From the NCBI GenBank assembly GCA_019057635.1, contig DXJL01000133.1, positions 1 to 64,000 on the forward strand: 64,000 nt of DNA, in the 5' to 3' direction. This document shows, piece after piece, positions 18,472 to 27,554 of this stretch. Both the position numbers and the translations under genes were made by a program. The first letter of the stretch is position 1; every line of letters starts with the position of its first letter. This DNA is from Candidatus Heimdallarchaeota archaeon (GTDB taxonomy: Archaea > Asgardarchaeota > Heimdallarchaeia > Hodarchaeales > Hodarchaeaceae). Below the pieces are notes generated by a model. That model made no database searches, was not told where the DNA came from, and saw only the letters and a list, made by a program, of their open reading frames with translations.

Positions 18472-19206
18472 TTGATAGGCGTTAACATCACAACAAAGAA
18501 TGGACTTTTACTTTTTTCCCATTCATTTATGCCTGGTTTTTCTGATGTTGACGAAGATTTACGGGCGGGTTTAATGAGTGCGGTTCTCAATGCAGTTAAA
18601 GAAACCGATGACGAATCAGGTATAAAGACAATTGATCAAGGAAAATACATTGTTCACATAATAGAGGGAAATTACACGTATGGAATATTTTTCTCTCATG
18701 AGCACGATATAAAGGAAATGAATTTTGCAAATACAACGTTGCGGAATTTTGAAACTACATTTAAGAAGGAATTAGAAGACGAGTTATCCTTTGATAATCA
18801 TCAATTCGTTGATTTCACCGATTTCTTGAAAAGAGAATACAATTCCTTGATCTCAATTGATGTTGTCGGATTAAGCAAGATCATTGATATAATGGACAAC
18901 TCATTTTTTTCTGATTATATCTTGCTAGAAAAACCGAATTTTCATCAGGTTTTCACCACAATCTCACTTCCTGACGTTTATCCTGATGCTAATAGTCTTG
19001 CCCAGATGTGTAAAGTAATCATTGAGTCAAGTATATTGATTGGTCAAGAGATTGAACAACTTCAGTTTTCATTAGGTAGGGAATACATGGTATTCGTCGA
19101 TCGGTTTAGAAAGTATGTAGTTATCATCATTATCATAAAGAAAAATCGAGAAAAAGCACAAAAGGAAATTATCCGCTTAAAAAGTAAAATTGTTAGCTCA
19201 CTCTGA
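18472..19206 (+). CDS. Longin-domain protein with a second roadblock/longin-like domain
   Basis: The N-terminal GVNITTKNGLLLFSHSF...DEDLRAGLMSAV...F-x-x-x-F pattern is typical of Asgard/eukaryotic longins. A second alpha/beta unit of about 115 aa follows. Confidence 0.68.
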   Translation: MIGVNITTKNGLLLFSHSFMPGFSDVDEDLRAGLMSAVLNAVKETDDESGIKTIDQGKYIVHIIEGNYTYGIFFSHEHDIKEMNFANTTLRNFETTFKKELEDELSFDNHQFVDFTDFLKREYNSLISIDVVGLSKIIDIMDNSFFSDYILLEKPNFHQVFTTISLPDVYPDANSLAQMCKVIIESSILIGQEIEQLQFSLGREYMVFVDRFRKYVVIIIIIKKNREKAQKEIIRLKSKIVSSL

Positions 19207-19216
19207 GACAATTAAC

Positions 19217-19903
19217 CTATTTTTGAAATTCTAAATCTTCAATCCAGTTCACATTTTCCCCTCCATTGATCCAATATTTCCAGCGTATATAGATTAGACA
19301 TCCAGTAATTATAATTATAAATACCACAGCAAAAATAGAAATGAAGGGAGCCGTATTATTTGGGTTTATGTCAGCATCAAATGGATAAAGTACCAACGTA
19401 GGTAAATCAAAGGGATTAAGAAAATCAAAAAACCAATCAACTAAAGTAATAACAGCTGCAAGACTAAAGTTCTTTGTATCAACCTTTATGAATAACAAAA
19501 GTAAAAATGCTTCACATAATTCGAATGTATGGGCTGCTAAAGAAACAATATCAAAAAATGTTGGTTGGACAGAGAACACAATAATGTAGCCAAAAAATAC
19601 TCTTATAAGACCTATAAAAGTGATCACATTGAGTACTTGAATATTTTTTTTCAGTCCCAAAGTGACCGTCAAAAAAACACCAAACAATATGGCAAATGTA
19701 TTGGAGTCTGGAATGAAGATCCAGAATATGGGATGGTAATAGGCATACTGCCAATAAAAAAGAATAAGCCCATAGGCTGGTATTATTATGTTGATAGCAA
19801 TCCAGAGAACTAAAAACCACTTTGGGAGATTAAATAACGAATCTCTCACAGATTGGATGTCGATTGATCTCAATTTTTTAATCGAAGTCCAGTCACTTAC
19901 CAT
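19217..19903 (-). CDS. DUF1405-like multi-pass membrane protein
   Basis: About six TM helices. YGLILFYWQ...WIFIPDS resembles the DUF1405 W-x-F-x-P-D-S motif. Confidence 0.7.
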   Translation of the reverse strand: MVSDWTSIKKLRSIDIQSVRDSLFNLPKWFLVLWIAINIIIPAYGLILFYWQYAYYHPIFWIFIPDSNTFAILFGVFLTVTLGLKKNIQVLNVITFIGLIRVFFGYIIVFSVQPTFFDIVSLAAHTFELCEAFLLLLFIKVDTKNFSLAAVITLVDWFFDFLNPFDLPTLVLYPFDADINPNNTAPFISIFAVVFIIIITGCLIYIRWKYWINGGENVNWIEDLEFQK

Positions 19904-20027
19904 TCAAATCTATCCTTAAGTTATGTTATACTTGTATATAACAGAAATTATGAGTCAACCCTCTCGTTAAAGAGCTTTTTCTAAGGAATAAATCGTTAAA
20001 TATAGGCGTTTTATCTTCTTAAAATCA

Positions 20028-20879
20028 ATGCCTGAATTACCAGAACTTGAAGCAATTAGTAAATATTTGACCAAAAAATTATCTGGTGAAATTGTCGCTA
20101 GATTTGATACTTTTTTTCACACTGTTATAAGATTTCCTGACACAAAAACAATTCAAACTTTACTAGTAGGAGCTAGACTTGAGAAAGTAAGCAGAAAAGG
20201 CAAACTAATGGTGTTTCAATTCAGGTCGATTGATACATATCTCCACCTCTGTATTGACCATGGACTCATTGGCCGTTTTGCTTGGGAAAAGGTGAAAGCA
20301 CCTGCTAAAACTGTCTTGAGGCTCAAGTTCCAGTCAGGATCTTCCTTAATATATCATGATAGACGTTTACATGGGGCCATATGGTTGTTTCATGGTACGA
20401 ACAAAGAAAACACCCTCTTTCCATCTAAAGTTAGAAATTACGGGCCTGATATCCTAACTATCTCACTAGATGAATTCAAATCTAGAATTAGGCAATATCG
20501 AGGGGAAATCAAGGGAGTTCTAACCAAACAGGAGTTTGTTACAGGAATAGGAAATGCTTACGCTGATGAAATTTTGTTTAATGCACGAATCCATCCTTTT
20601 ACGAAACGGACAAATCTTAGTTCCAGCGAGATAGAAAGATTGTATAAATCGTGCACTTCAATCTTAGGACATGGAGTATCTGAAATTACTAATTGGTTAT
20701 TCACAACGGATAAAATAGATAATCAGCGATTTTGGAGGAAAGAATTGTTTAGAATTCATCTGAGAGGGGAGCAACCCTGCTATAACTGTGGAAAATCCAT
20801 ATCTTCAATTAAAGCAAATCGACGGATAACGAATTTTTGTCGCACTTGTCAAACATCTCGCAACAAGAATTTTATTTAA
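20028..20879 (+). CDS. mutM: Fpg/Nei (MutM-like) DNA glycosylase/AP lyase
   Basis: N-terminal MPELPE, RKGK, H2TH motif GIGNAYADEILFNARIHP, C-terminal Zn finger CYNC...FCRTCQ. Confidence 0.93.
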   Translation: MPELPELEAISKYLTKKLSGEIVARFDTFFHTVIRFPDTKTIQTLLVGARLEKVSRKGKLMVFQFRSIDTYLHLCIDHGLIGRFAWEKVKAPAKTVLRLKFQSGSSLIYHDRRLHGAIWLFHGTNKENTLFPSKVRNYGPDILTISLDEFKSRIRQYRGEIKGVLTKQEFVTGIGNAYADEILFNARIHPFTKRTNLSSSEIERLYKSCTSILGHGVSEITNWLFTTDKIDNQRFWRKELFRIHLRGEQPCYNCGKSISSIKANRRITNFCRTCQTSRNKNFI

Positions 20880-20964
20880 TAGGAAGTAATTTTATAGAGT
20901 GCTAAGTAAATTTATTCTTCCTCCCCTATGAAAGGATAGGAAGAATTTATCGAATATTGTCAGG

Positions 20965-22359
20965 ATGAAATTCACGATGCTGGACTTTTTCTTTGAACCA
21001 CGATCTGTTGCCATTCTAGGTGCTTCTTCTGATGAGAAAAAGTACGGTCGTTTGATTTTTAATCATTTTGTGGTTCCTTATTTCAAGAGAGTCTTTCCAA
21101 TCAATCCTCGTGTTTCAGAAATAATGGGTATTAAATGTTACAAAAGTGTATTTGATCTACCAGAAGTTCCTGACCTGGCTGTGGTTGTTTTACCAACTAA
21201 GTTGGCAATTCAAGCCATTGCAGATGCTTCAAAACGAGGAATACCTGCAATCGTATGTATAACAGCAGGATTCTCAGAAGTCGGACGTGATGATCTACAA
21301 GAAGAATTAGTGAAGGCATTAGGCGACTCACGTTTAATTGGGCCGAATTGTCTTGGAATAGTGGATACTCACTCTCAGGTAAATACATTGTTTCCAAATT
21401 TTGAACTTCCTGAAAAAGGAAACGTGTCTTTGATATCACAATCAGGTTCACTTGCTATTGATCTTCTTCTTGCCCTTCAGCAGAATAAAATAGGACTCAA
21501 GCGATTCGTTTCCTACGGAAACGCTGCAGATCTGAACGAGACTGACTTTATTGAATATTTTGGCCAAGACCCAGATACAAAAGTAATAGGAGCATATATA
21601 GAAGGAGTAAAAGCTGGTCGCAAATTCATCAAGGTCTCGAAATCGATAGCTCGTAAAAAACCAATTGTTGTTCTAAAGCTTCCTTCTACAGAGAATGTTT
21701 CAATGGCTGCTAAGGGACATACTGGTGCAGTAGCTAGCACTATGGGAATCTACAAAGAAATATTAAGACAGTCAGGGATCATTCAATGTGATAGTACTTC
21801 TCAATTTATAAATTCCATCAAAGCACTTTACACACAACCACCTGCATTTGGTAATCGTATAGCACTCGTCACAAATACAGGCGGACCCGCTGCAATGGCA
21901 TTATATCGAATGAATCGCTATCAATTAGAATTGGCAGAATTACCTGATACTGTGGTGGACGAGACAGAAGTTGTTATTAGGAAACACGCGGTGCATACGT
22001 CCATCTCAAGAGATAAAAACAATAATCCTCTTGCTTTTATGGACTTAACAGGTTCGGCAACCACTGAAGTAATTACTGAGATATCAAAAATATTCCTAAA
22101 GGAGAAAAATGTGTCAGGAATAATAATTGTCCCTAGAAGTGATGCACCAGTTGTATCCAAGGATGCACCCGCTCGGATAGCGCTACTTAAACAAGAATTT
22201 CCAAAAAAACCTATATTAGTGTATAATCTTCCTGATCCTACAGTGAATGCGGAGTTTGAAGGATATGATATTCCAGTATTCCGTACAGCTGAAGATTCTG
22301 TAGATGGAATGTATGCATTAGTCGAAAGAGGACGTATTTTACAAAAATACCTATATTGA
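20965..22359 (+). CDS. acdA: ADP-forming acyl-CoA synthetase alpha subunit
   Basis: Motifs FFEPRSVAILGAS, IGPNCLG, SQSG, VSYGNAADL, HTGA (phospho-His) and TNTGGP. Confidence 0.9.
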   Translation: MKFTMLDFFFEPRSVAILGASSDEKKYGRLIFNHFVVPYFKRVFPINPRVSEIMGIKCYKSVFDLPEVPDLAVVVLPTKLAIQAIADASKRGIPAIVCITAGFSEVGRDDLQEELVKALGDSRLIGPNCLGIVDTHSQVNTLFPNFELPEKGNVSLISQSGSLAIDLLLALQQNKIGLKRFVSYGNAADLNETDFIEYFGQDPDTKVIGAYIEGVKAGRKFIKVSKSIARKKPIVVLKLPSTENVSMAAKGHTGAVASTMGIYKEILRQSGIIQCDSTSQFINSIKALYTQPPAFGNRIALVTNTGGPAAMALYRMNRYQLELAELPDTVVDETEVVIRKHAVHTSISRDKNNNPLAFMDLTGSATTEVITEISKIFLKEKNVSGIIIVPRSDAPVVSKDAPARIALLKQEFPKKPILVYNLPDPTVNAEFEGYDIPVFRTAEDSVDGMYALVERGRILQKYLY

Positions 22360-22371
22360 GAGGAGTAAAAT

Positions 22372-23424
22372 ATGAGTGAATTTGAACCTTCATCAGAAAA
22401 ACAACAAAAAATTCACGATCGCGTTAGAGCAATCATTCTGCAATCTAGTGACAAAATTACCGCAAATATTAGGGTAGTTACAGGCTTAATTTCTGATACC
22501 CGGCTTAAACAAATTCGCTGCTTTACTGGAGCTGGAGGAAAAACCTATGTTATTGAAGCTGCCTTATCTACCTCACTTGCCGGAGAAATAGATGGGGGTA
22601 TTGTTCTTAAGTTTGCAAATGATCTCGATGCCGAAGTTAGTAATGCAGAACGACTAACTCGACATTTAACTGTTCGCCAACATGACTGGGAAAAGTGGAA
22701 AGAAAATCACGACTTACCATTACGAATTCGTCGGTACCCTGATCATGTCTTCTCTCCTCAAGTGATACAGGTAATTCCAGAAGTAAAAGCATTACTTCTG
22801 GAGTTTCTGAGTGGATTTAATCCCCTTCTTCAACATACCTTAGAACCAAATGATAGATGGGGTTATGCAGGCTATGCCTTAGCTCGATTACACGGTTCAG
22901 AACAACTCCAAACAAGTGTCCAGCTTTATAATCCATTGTTTAAACTGTTGAAACAATATATTGACGAACGATATATTGAGTATTGGATTACTATCTTAGA
23001 ACAATCTAAAGGTGGAGTAGAATTCATCCATGGTGACAGCCACATGAGTAATATTCTTGTTTCTCCTACAAGTATTGCGTGGATAGATTCAATAATGTTA
23101 CCGAAGTTAGATAGAATGGATGATATTGGTTACATACTCAGTCATGTAGTACAAGAAGAAGTAGCAAAGAACATCAGTGTTGGAATTGATATAAAAACGT
23201 TAAGTTCTTCTATTACTCGGTCTTGGGTTCCTTTAATCCTAACTACCTATAAACAGACCTACGATATTTCCCAGCTTTATACTCGGCTACCAATCGATTT
23301 TTTCCTAGGAAGCCATTTAATCATTCGTGCGGGTTTGTGGGAAAAAAATATTGCTGAAATATTGGTAAAATTAGGTCAGCATTTCATTCATGAAATGCCA
23401 GTCTCCAAGCTCCTTGAAGAATAG
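22372..23424 (+). CDS. APH/choline-kinase-like phosphotransferase
   Basis: Gly loop FTGAGG, IVLK, LARLHG, Brenner motif FIHGDSHMSNIL and WID. GAGGAG SD upstream. Confidence 0.8.
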   Translation: MSEFEPSSEKQQKIHDRVRAIILQSSDKITANIRVVTGLISDTRLKQIRCFTGAGGKTYVIEAALSTSLAGEIDGGIVLKFANDLDAEVSNAERLTRHLTVRQHDWEKWKENHDLPLRIRRYPDHVFSPQVIQVIPEVKALLLEFLSGFNPLLQHTLEPNDRWGYAGYALARLHGSEQLQTSVQLYNPLFKLLKQYIDERYIEYWITILEQSKGGVEFIHGDSHMSNILVSPTSIAWIDSIMLPKLDRMDDIGYILSHVVQEEVAKNISVGIDIKTLSSSITRSWVPLILTTYKQTYDISQLYTRLPIDFFLGSHLIIRAGLWEKNIAEILVKLGQHFIHEMPVSKLLEE

Positions 23425-23450
23425 ATGTGGCTTCTTTTTGTATGTTCTGA

Positions 23451-24467
23451 CTAAATATTGAGAATCCCAAGTGCATATGCAGCAGCTTGAGATGCACGAA
23501 GGGGTTCTGATGCCTTATTTCCAATATGGAACATTGGAATCTCTTTTCTCACCTCTAAAGGAAGTCCTTTTTCTTCATTTCCAAAAATAAAGAATAGATT
23601 TCCTAATTCTTCCATGTGAAATTTTACTATTTCGGGTAATTTGGAAATAGGATGTGATCCCCATAGAGAAAATCCGAAAAAGTGTTTTTTCTCATTTTCT
23701 TCTAGGATTTGCGAAAGAGCTGGAACTATTTTATAGGATACTTTTGAGATACCTTTGAAGAAAGTACTTTCCACTTGTTCGACCACTTTCTTAACGATGT
23801 TGTTTTCATCAGTTAACAAGATTTGTGTTTTGAATGTTAAAGCCAAACGGAAAAAATCTGCAATTTCTTGAACTGTATAGGGAGAGTATAGTATCAATGT
23901 AGGTGAAGCAGATTTTCTCTCAATAGGAGAAATTGAGGGAATTTTTTTCCCTAACCGTACTTTTATTGGTAAATTTCCGTTCTTTGTCTGATTCCCCTGC
24001 CTAACTTCTAAATATAAATGAAAATCAGCTTTGGAATTATGTATATAACTTTTCTTCCTTAATCGGTCAATAATGGCTTTCTTATGGAATGGAATGCGTC
24101 CAAACGCCTTATAATTGACATTTACGTTAGTATTTTCAGTATGCTCTGAAAGAAAATTTTCCAAACTTGTTAATAATTGAGATAATGAATTTGTTTCAAA
24201 TTCAAATTGGTTTTGTAAAAAGACAACTAAGTTATTTACTCCTGGATTCTGGAGGATTATATCACGTACATCTGACGAAAAGTCCGTGCTATTTAACATT
24301 TTTATTAACAGACGGTTTCGACTACCCCATGTGTCATTTATTATACTGATTGATTTTGAATATTTACGTAGAGTACCAGTCAAATCCTTTGCAATGGTTT
24401 CTTGTTCTTCATGAGTTACAAATCTAGCGAGCTTTACTAAAAGGAAAATCATCAAGGAATCGTCCAA
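23451..24467 (-). CDS. SPOUT-family RNA methyltransferase, probably with N-terminal THUMP-like region
   Basis: C-terminal knot motifs FIFGNEEKGLP and PLRASQAAAYAL. The N-terminal domain is inferred. Confidence 0.7.
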   Translation of the reverse strand: MDDSLMIFLLVKLARFVTHEEQETIAKDLTGTLRKYSKSISIINDTWGSRNRLLIKMLNSTDFSSDVRDIILQNPGVNNLVVFLQNQFEFETNSLSQLLTSLENFLSEHTENTNVNVNYKAFGRIPFHKKAIIDRLRKKSYIHNSKADFHLYLEVRQGNQTKNGNLPIKVRLGKKIPSISPIERKSASPTLILYSPYTVQEIADFFRLALTFKTQILLTDENNIVKKVVEQVESTFFKGISKVSYKIVPALSQILEENEKKHFFGFSLWGSHPISKLPEIVKFHMEELGNLFFIFGNEEKGLPLEVRKEIPMFHIGNKASEPLRASQAAAYALGILNI

Positions 24468-24576
24468 AATCGTTCAGCATTGATTACAATTACAGAGGAG
24501 AATATATGGAGGTTCAAAATAAATCTTCGTTACCGACCCTCTTCCTCATATTTTAGCACTTCGGAGATAATTTAAC

Positions 24577-25638
24577 ATGAAATTAATTGTTAATGGAGAA
24601 GAAGTTGATTTACCAGCAGTCTGGTGGAATTCCGAGCAAAAAATGGTTCAGCTGATTGACCAAACAAAATTACCTTTTCAGATCGCAATTCATTCCTGTT
24701 CTACTTATCATCACACAGTAAACGCGATAAAATCGATGAAGATTCGTGGGGCCCCTTCAATAGGTGCTACTGCTGCCTATGGATTGGCACAAGCTATAAA
24801 CGAATTTTGGGATGAACCAGAATATTTAACAAAAGTTTCTTCAGCATATGATCAGTTATTATTATCACGACCCACTGCTGTTGATTTGAAAAGAGGCTTA
24901 GATCATGTAAAAAAATCTTGGGCGGTCTCTCCAGACGAAGCTATTGTACAAGCACAAAAGTTTGCACACAATATCTCTATGCAAGGAAAAAAAATAGGGG
25001 AAGTAGGGAAAAGCTTAATCAGAGAAAATATGAACATTCTCACTCATTGTCATACAGGTGCGTTAGCATTAGTCGATCACGGATCCGCTATAGCTCCATT
25101 AATAGCTTCTTGGGAGGATGGTGTACGTTTTCATGTTTATGTTGATGAAACACGGCCCCGGATGCAAGGAAGGCTTACTTCATGGGAATTGACTCAATAT
25201 GGAATCGATCATACTGTTATCTGTGATTCAGCAAGTGGTCATCTTATGTCATCAGGTAAAGTAGATCTGATTATTTTAGGAGCAGATCGGGTAACAAAAA
25301 ATGGTGATATAGCAAATAAAATAGGAACTCACAATCTAGCGGTAATTGCCAATCACTATTCTATTCCATTTTATTCTGCTTTTCCCGATACCACATTTGA
25401 TATTAACACTTTGACAGGCACAGAAATAACGATTGAAGAACGTAATACTCAGGAAATTTACGAGATTCGAGGATTATCTAAAACAACGAGAACACAGATT
25501 TCTGTCTCAGTATATCAGGAGAATACACATTGTTATAATCCTGCTTTTGATGTCACGCCAGCTGAATTATTAAGTGGCTATATCACTCCTCATGGGATAT
25601 TATCAAAGGAAGATCTTGGTCGAGTTTATTCAAACTAG
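24577..25638 (+). CDS. mtnA: S-methyl-5-thioribose-1-phosphate isomerase (eIF2B-like family)
   Basis: Motifs LIDQTKLP, IRGAPSIG, SRPTAVDL, LTHCHTGALA, VDETRP, GADRV, ANKIGT and NPAFDVTP. Confidence 0.92.
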   Translation: MKLIVNGEEVDLPAVWWNSEQKMVQLIDQTKLPFQIAIHSCSTYHHTVNAIKSMKIRGAPSIGATAAYGLAQAINEFWDEPEYLTKVSSAYDQLLLSRPTAVDLKRGLDHVKKSWAVSPDEAIVQAQKFAHNISMQGKKIGEVGKSLIRENMNILTHCHTGALALVDHGSAIAPLIASWEDGVRFHVYVDETRPRMQGRLTSWELTQYGIDHTVICDSASGHLMSSGKVDLIILGADRVTKNGDIANKIGTHNLAVIANHYSIPFYSAFPDTTFDINTLTGTEITIEERNTQEIYEIRGLSKTTRTQISVSVYQENTHCYNPAFDVTPAELLSGYITPHGILSKEDLGRVYSN

Positions 25639-25743
25639 AGGAAATAGGAATAATCTTTATAGAACCTTTTTAAAAGATGAATCATAAATTCAACATAAGT
25701 AGCTCTGAAATCCAGCATAAAACAGCTGTGAGGTAGCATAATT

Positions 25744-26055
25744 ATGAAACAACTCATCAATCAAATTCGATCGACTGTTACTTTCTGTGGTTTTGAACTC
25801 GAAGCTATTACATCACATCAGAAATACATATCAATAGAATTACGCTCAAAGAAGAGATTTCGCAAAAAGAACTACACCCTAGGTGTTAGTAAGACCCTTA
25901 CTGGTCTCTTAGCAGCCGAAAGAGAGCTATCTCGTGATTCAAAAAATCAGATATTACTTTTGGATCCGATTAACAATCTATTGGAACCAACTTTGTCAAA
26001 TAAAATAAAACTATTTCATGATTTTGATCAACTCCAAGTGTTTTTAAACCAATAA
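25744..26055 (+). CDS. Hypothetical protein (103 aa)
   Basis: GAGGT SD-like sequence upstream. Co-oriented with the following ATPase. Confidence 0.65.
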   Translation: MKQLINQIRSTVTFCGFELEAITSHQKYISIELRSKKRFRKKNYTLGVSKTLTGLLAAERELSRDSKNQILLLDPINNLLEPTLSNKIKLFHDFDQLQVFLNQ

Positions 26056-26116
26056 CTCTTGTATTAATTTAGTAAACCAGCTGGTCGAATTATAACGAGA
26101 ATTTGAGAGTTATAAT

Positions 26117-27529
26117 ATGGGCACAATTAGAAATATACTACCAGATGAATTTTCTAATTTTACAATTACAGATAAGAGTTATTCATTGCTGATTAAAGGA
26201 CTACCTGGAACTGGAAAATCAAGTTTGGCACTCGAATTAATAGCTAGATCCCCTAATGCCTTTTTCATAAGTACTCGTATTGACCCAGAAGCGATTATTG
26301 AGGATGCTAGCTGGTTAGATGAAATTGTTCCTGAAAATCGTAAATATCCTTTTTTTATTGATGCTACACGGTCAGGCAAGGTTTCCAAAAATAAATCAAT
26401 TCAGAAAATGAATTTTGAGACGATCCCAGAATTTGTTCAACAGTTTTTTACATTGGGATCTGATCTTCCCCATCGGATTTTTGTTATTGATAGTTGGAAT
26501 GCAGTTATTGGGAATTTATCTGAAACTCAAATACACCATTGGGAGTCAGCAATAGTTCAAAGAGTTCAGGGAAAAAATGACAAAATAATATTCGTTGTAG
26601 AAGGTATTAAAGACTCCGCACTTGATTGGATGGTCGATGGACATGCAATTTTAAGTAAAAGAAGTATTGTTTCTTCTCACGGTATTTCACGACGAATTCG
26701 TGAGTTGTCTTTTCCTAAAATGAGAGGGATTGAGATTTATAACGAAACTTATCTCATGACATTAGCTAAAGGACGAATGAAGACATTTCCACCCTTTAAA
26801 TATCGATTTCCAGCTATTTTATTAAAATCTAGGACAATTCCCGACTCAGATGAACAGCATATCTCGTCTGGATCGGTCGATTTTGACAACCTCCTAGGTG
26901 GCGGATTTCAGAAAGGATCCTATAATTTATTCGAAGTATCAACAATAGTCGGTGATGGATTAGATATTATTCTATTTCCCCTCATTACAAACCATCTGAA
27001 TAATAAGCGAGCGGTAATTAGCATACTGCGTGAGGGAATCACGTTTGATACTAAGAAACCATATTTTGATGTCTTTACAGGAAATAAGAATTGGGTCAAA
27101 CAATCAATGAATTTTGAAAGATTTGTTCCTGGAGAAGATTCTCATAGAATCACTTTACCAGAGACCATCGAAGGATTACTAAATCGGATCGAAAATATCA
27201 AGGACGATTTTCGTAAGGATAACGGACAGACGATACTTATCAATATTGGACTGGATGTTCTTGAAAATATGTACGGAATCCCAGCGTTAAATGAATTTAT
27301 GGCAATTCTCGTTTCCAAAGCAAGGTTAGAGGGTGATGTTGTTGTGGGTTGGTTGAAGGAAAATCAAGAGTATCGTGGTGGAACAACAGCGGCCACTTCG
27401 CAGTGGAAAATTGATTTAATTAATCGTGCATTAGTTTTAGAAGGCATAATTCCTGCAACTGAATATTTTGCAATTGAATCAGTCCTAGTAAAAGGCTATA
27501 TTGATTATTCAATTACTCCTGTGCTTTAA
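26117..27529 (+). CDS. GvpD-like tandem KaiC/RecA-family ATPase
   Basis: Walker A GLPGTGKS, Walker B FVIDSW, LDWMVDG, KMRG. The second RecA domain (ISSGSVDFDNLLGGGF) has no intact Walker A. Confidence 0.85.
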   Translation: MGTIRNILPDEFSNFTITDKSYSLLIKGLPGTGKSSLALELIARSPNAFFISTRIDPEAIIEDASWLDEIVPENRKYPFFIDATRSGKVSKNKSIQKMNFETIPEFVQQFFTLGSDLPHRIFVIDSWNAVIGNLSETQIHHWESAIVQRVQGKNDKIIFVVEGIKDSALDWMVDGHAILSKRSIVSSHGISRRIRELSFPKMRGIEIYNETYLMTLAKGRMKTFPPFKYRFPAILLKSRTIPDSDEQHISSGSVDFDNLLGGGFQKGSYNLFEVSTIVGDGLDIILFPLITNHLNNKRAVISILREGITFDTKKPYFDVFTGNKNWVKQSMNFERFVPGEDSHRITLPETIEGLLNRIENIKDDFRKDNGQTILINIGLDVLENMYGIPALNEFMAILVSKARLEGDVVVGWLKENQEYRGGTTAATSQWKIDLINRALVLEGIIPATEYFAIESVLVKGYIDYSITPVL

Positions 27530-27554
27530 GAACAAACTATTAATTTAAATTAAG

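Noticed and set aside
26117-27529. Gas vesicle operon
   Set aside because: Only a GvpD-like ATPase is present. No GvpA/J/M/N-like ORFs are in the window.
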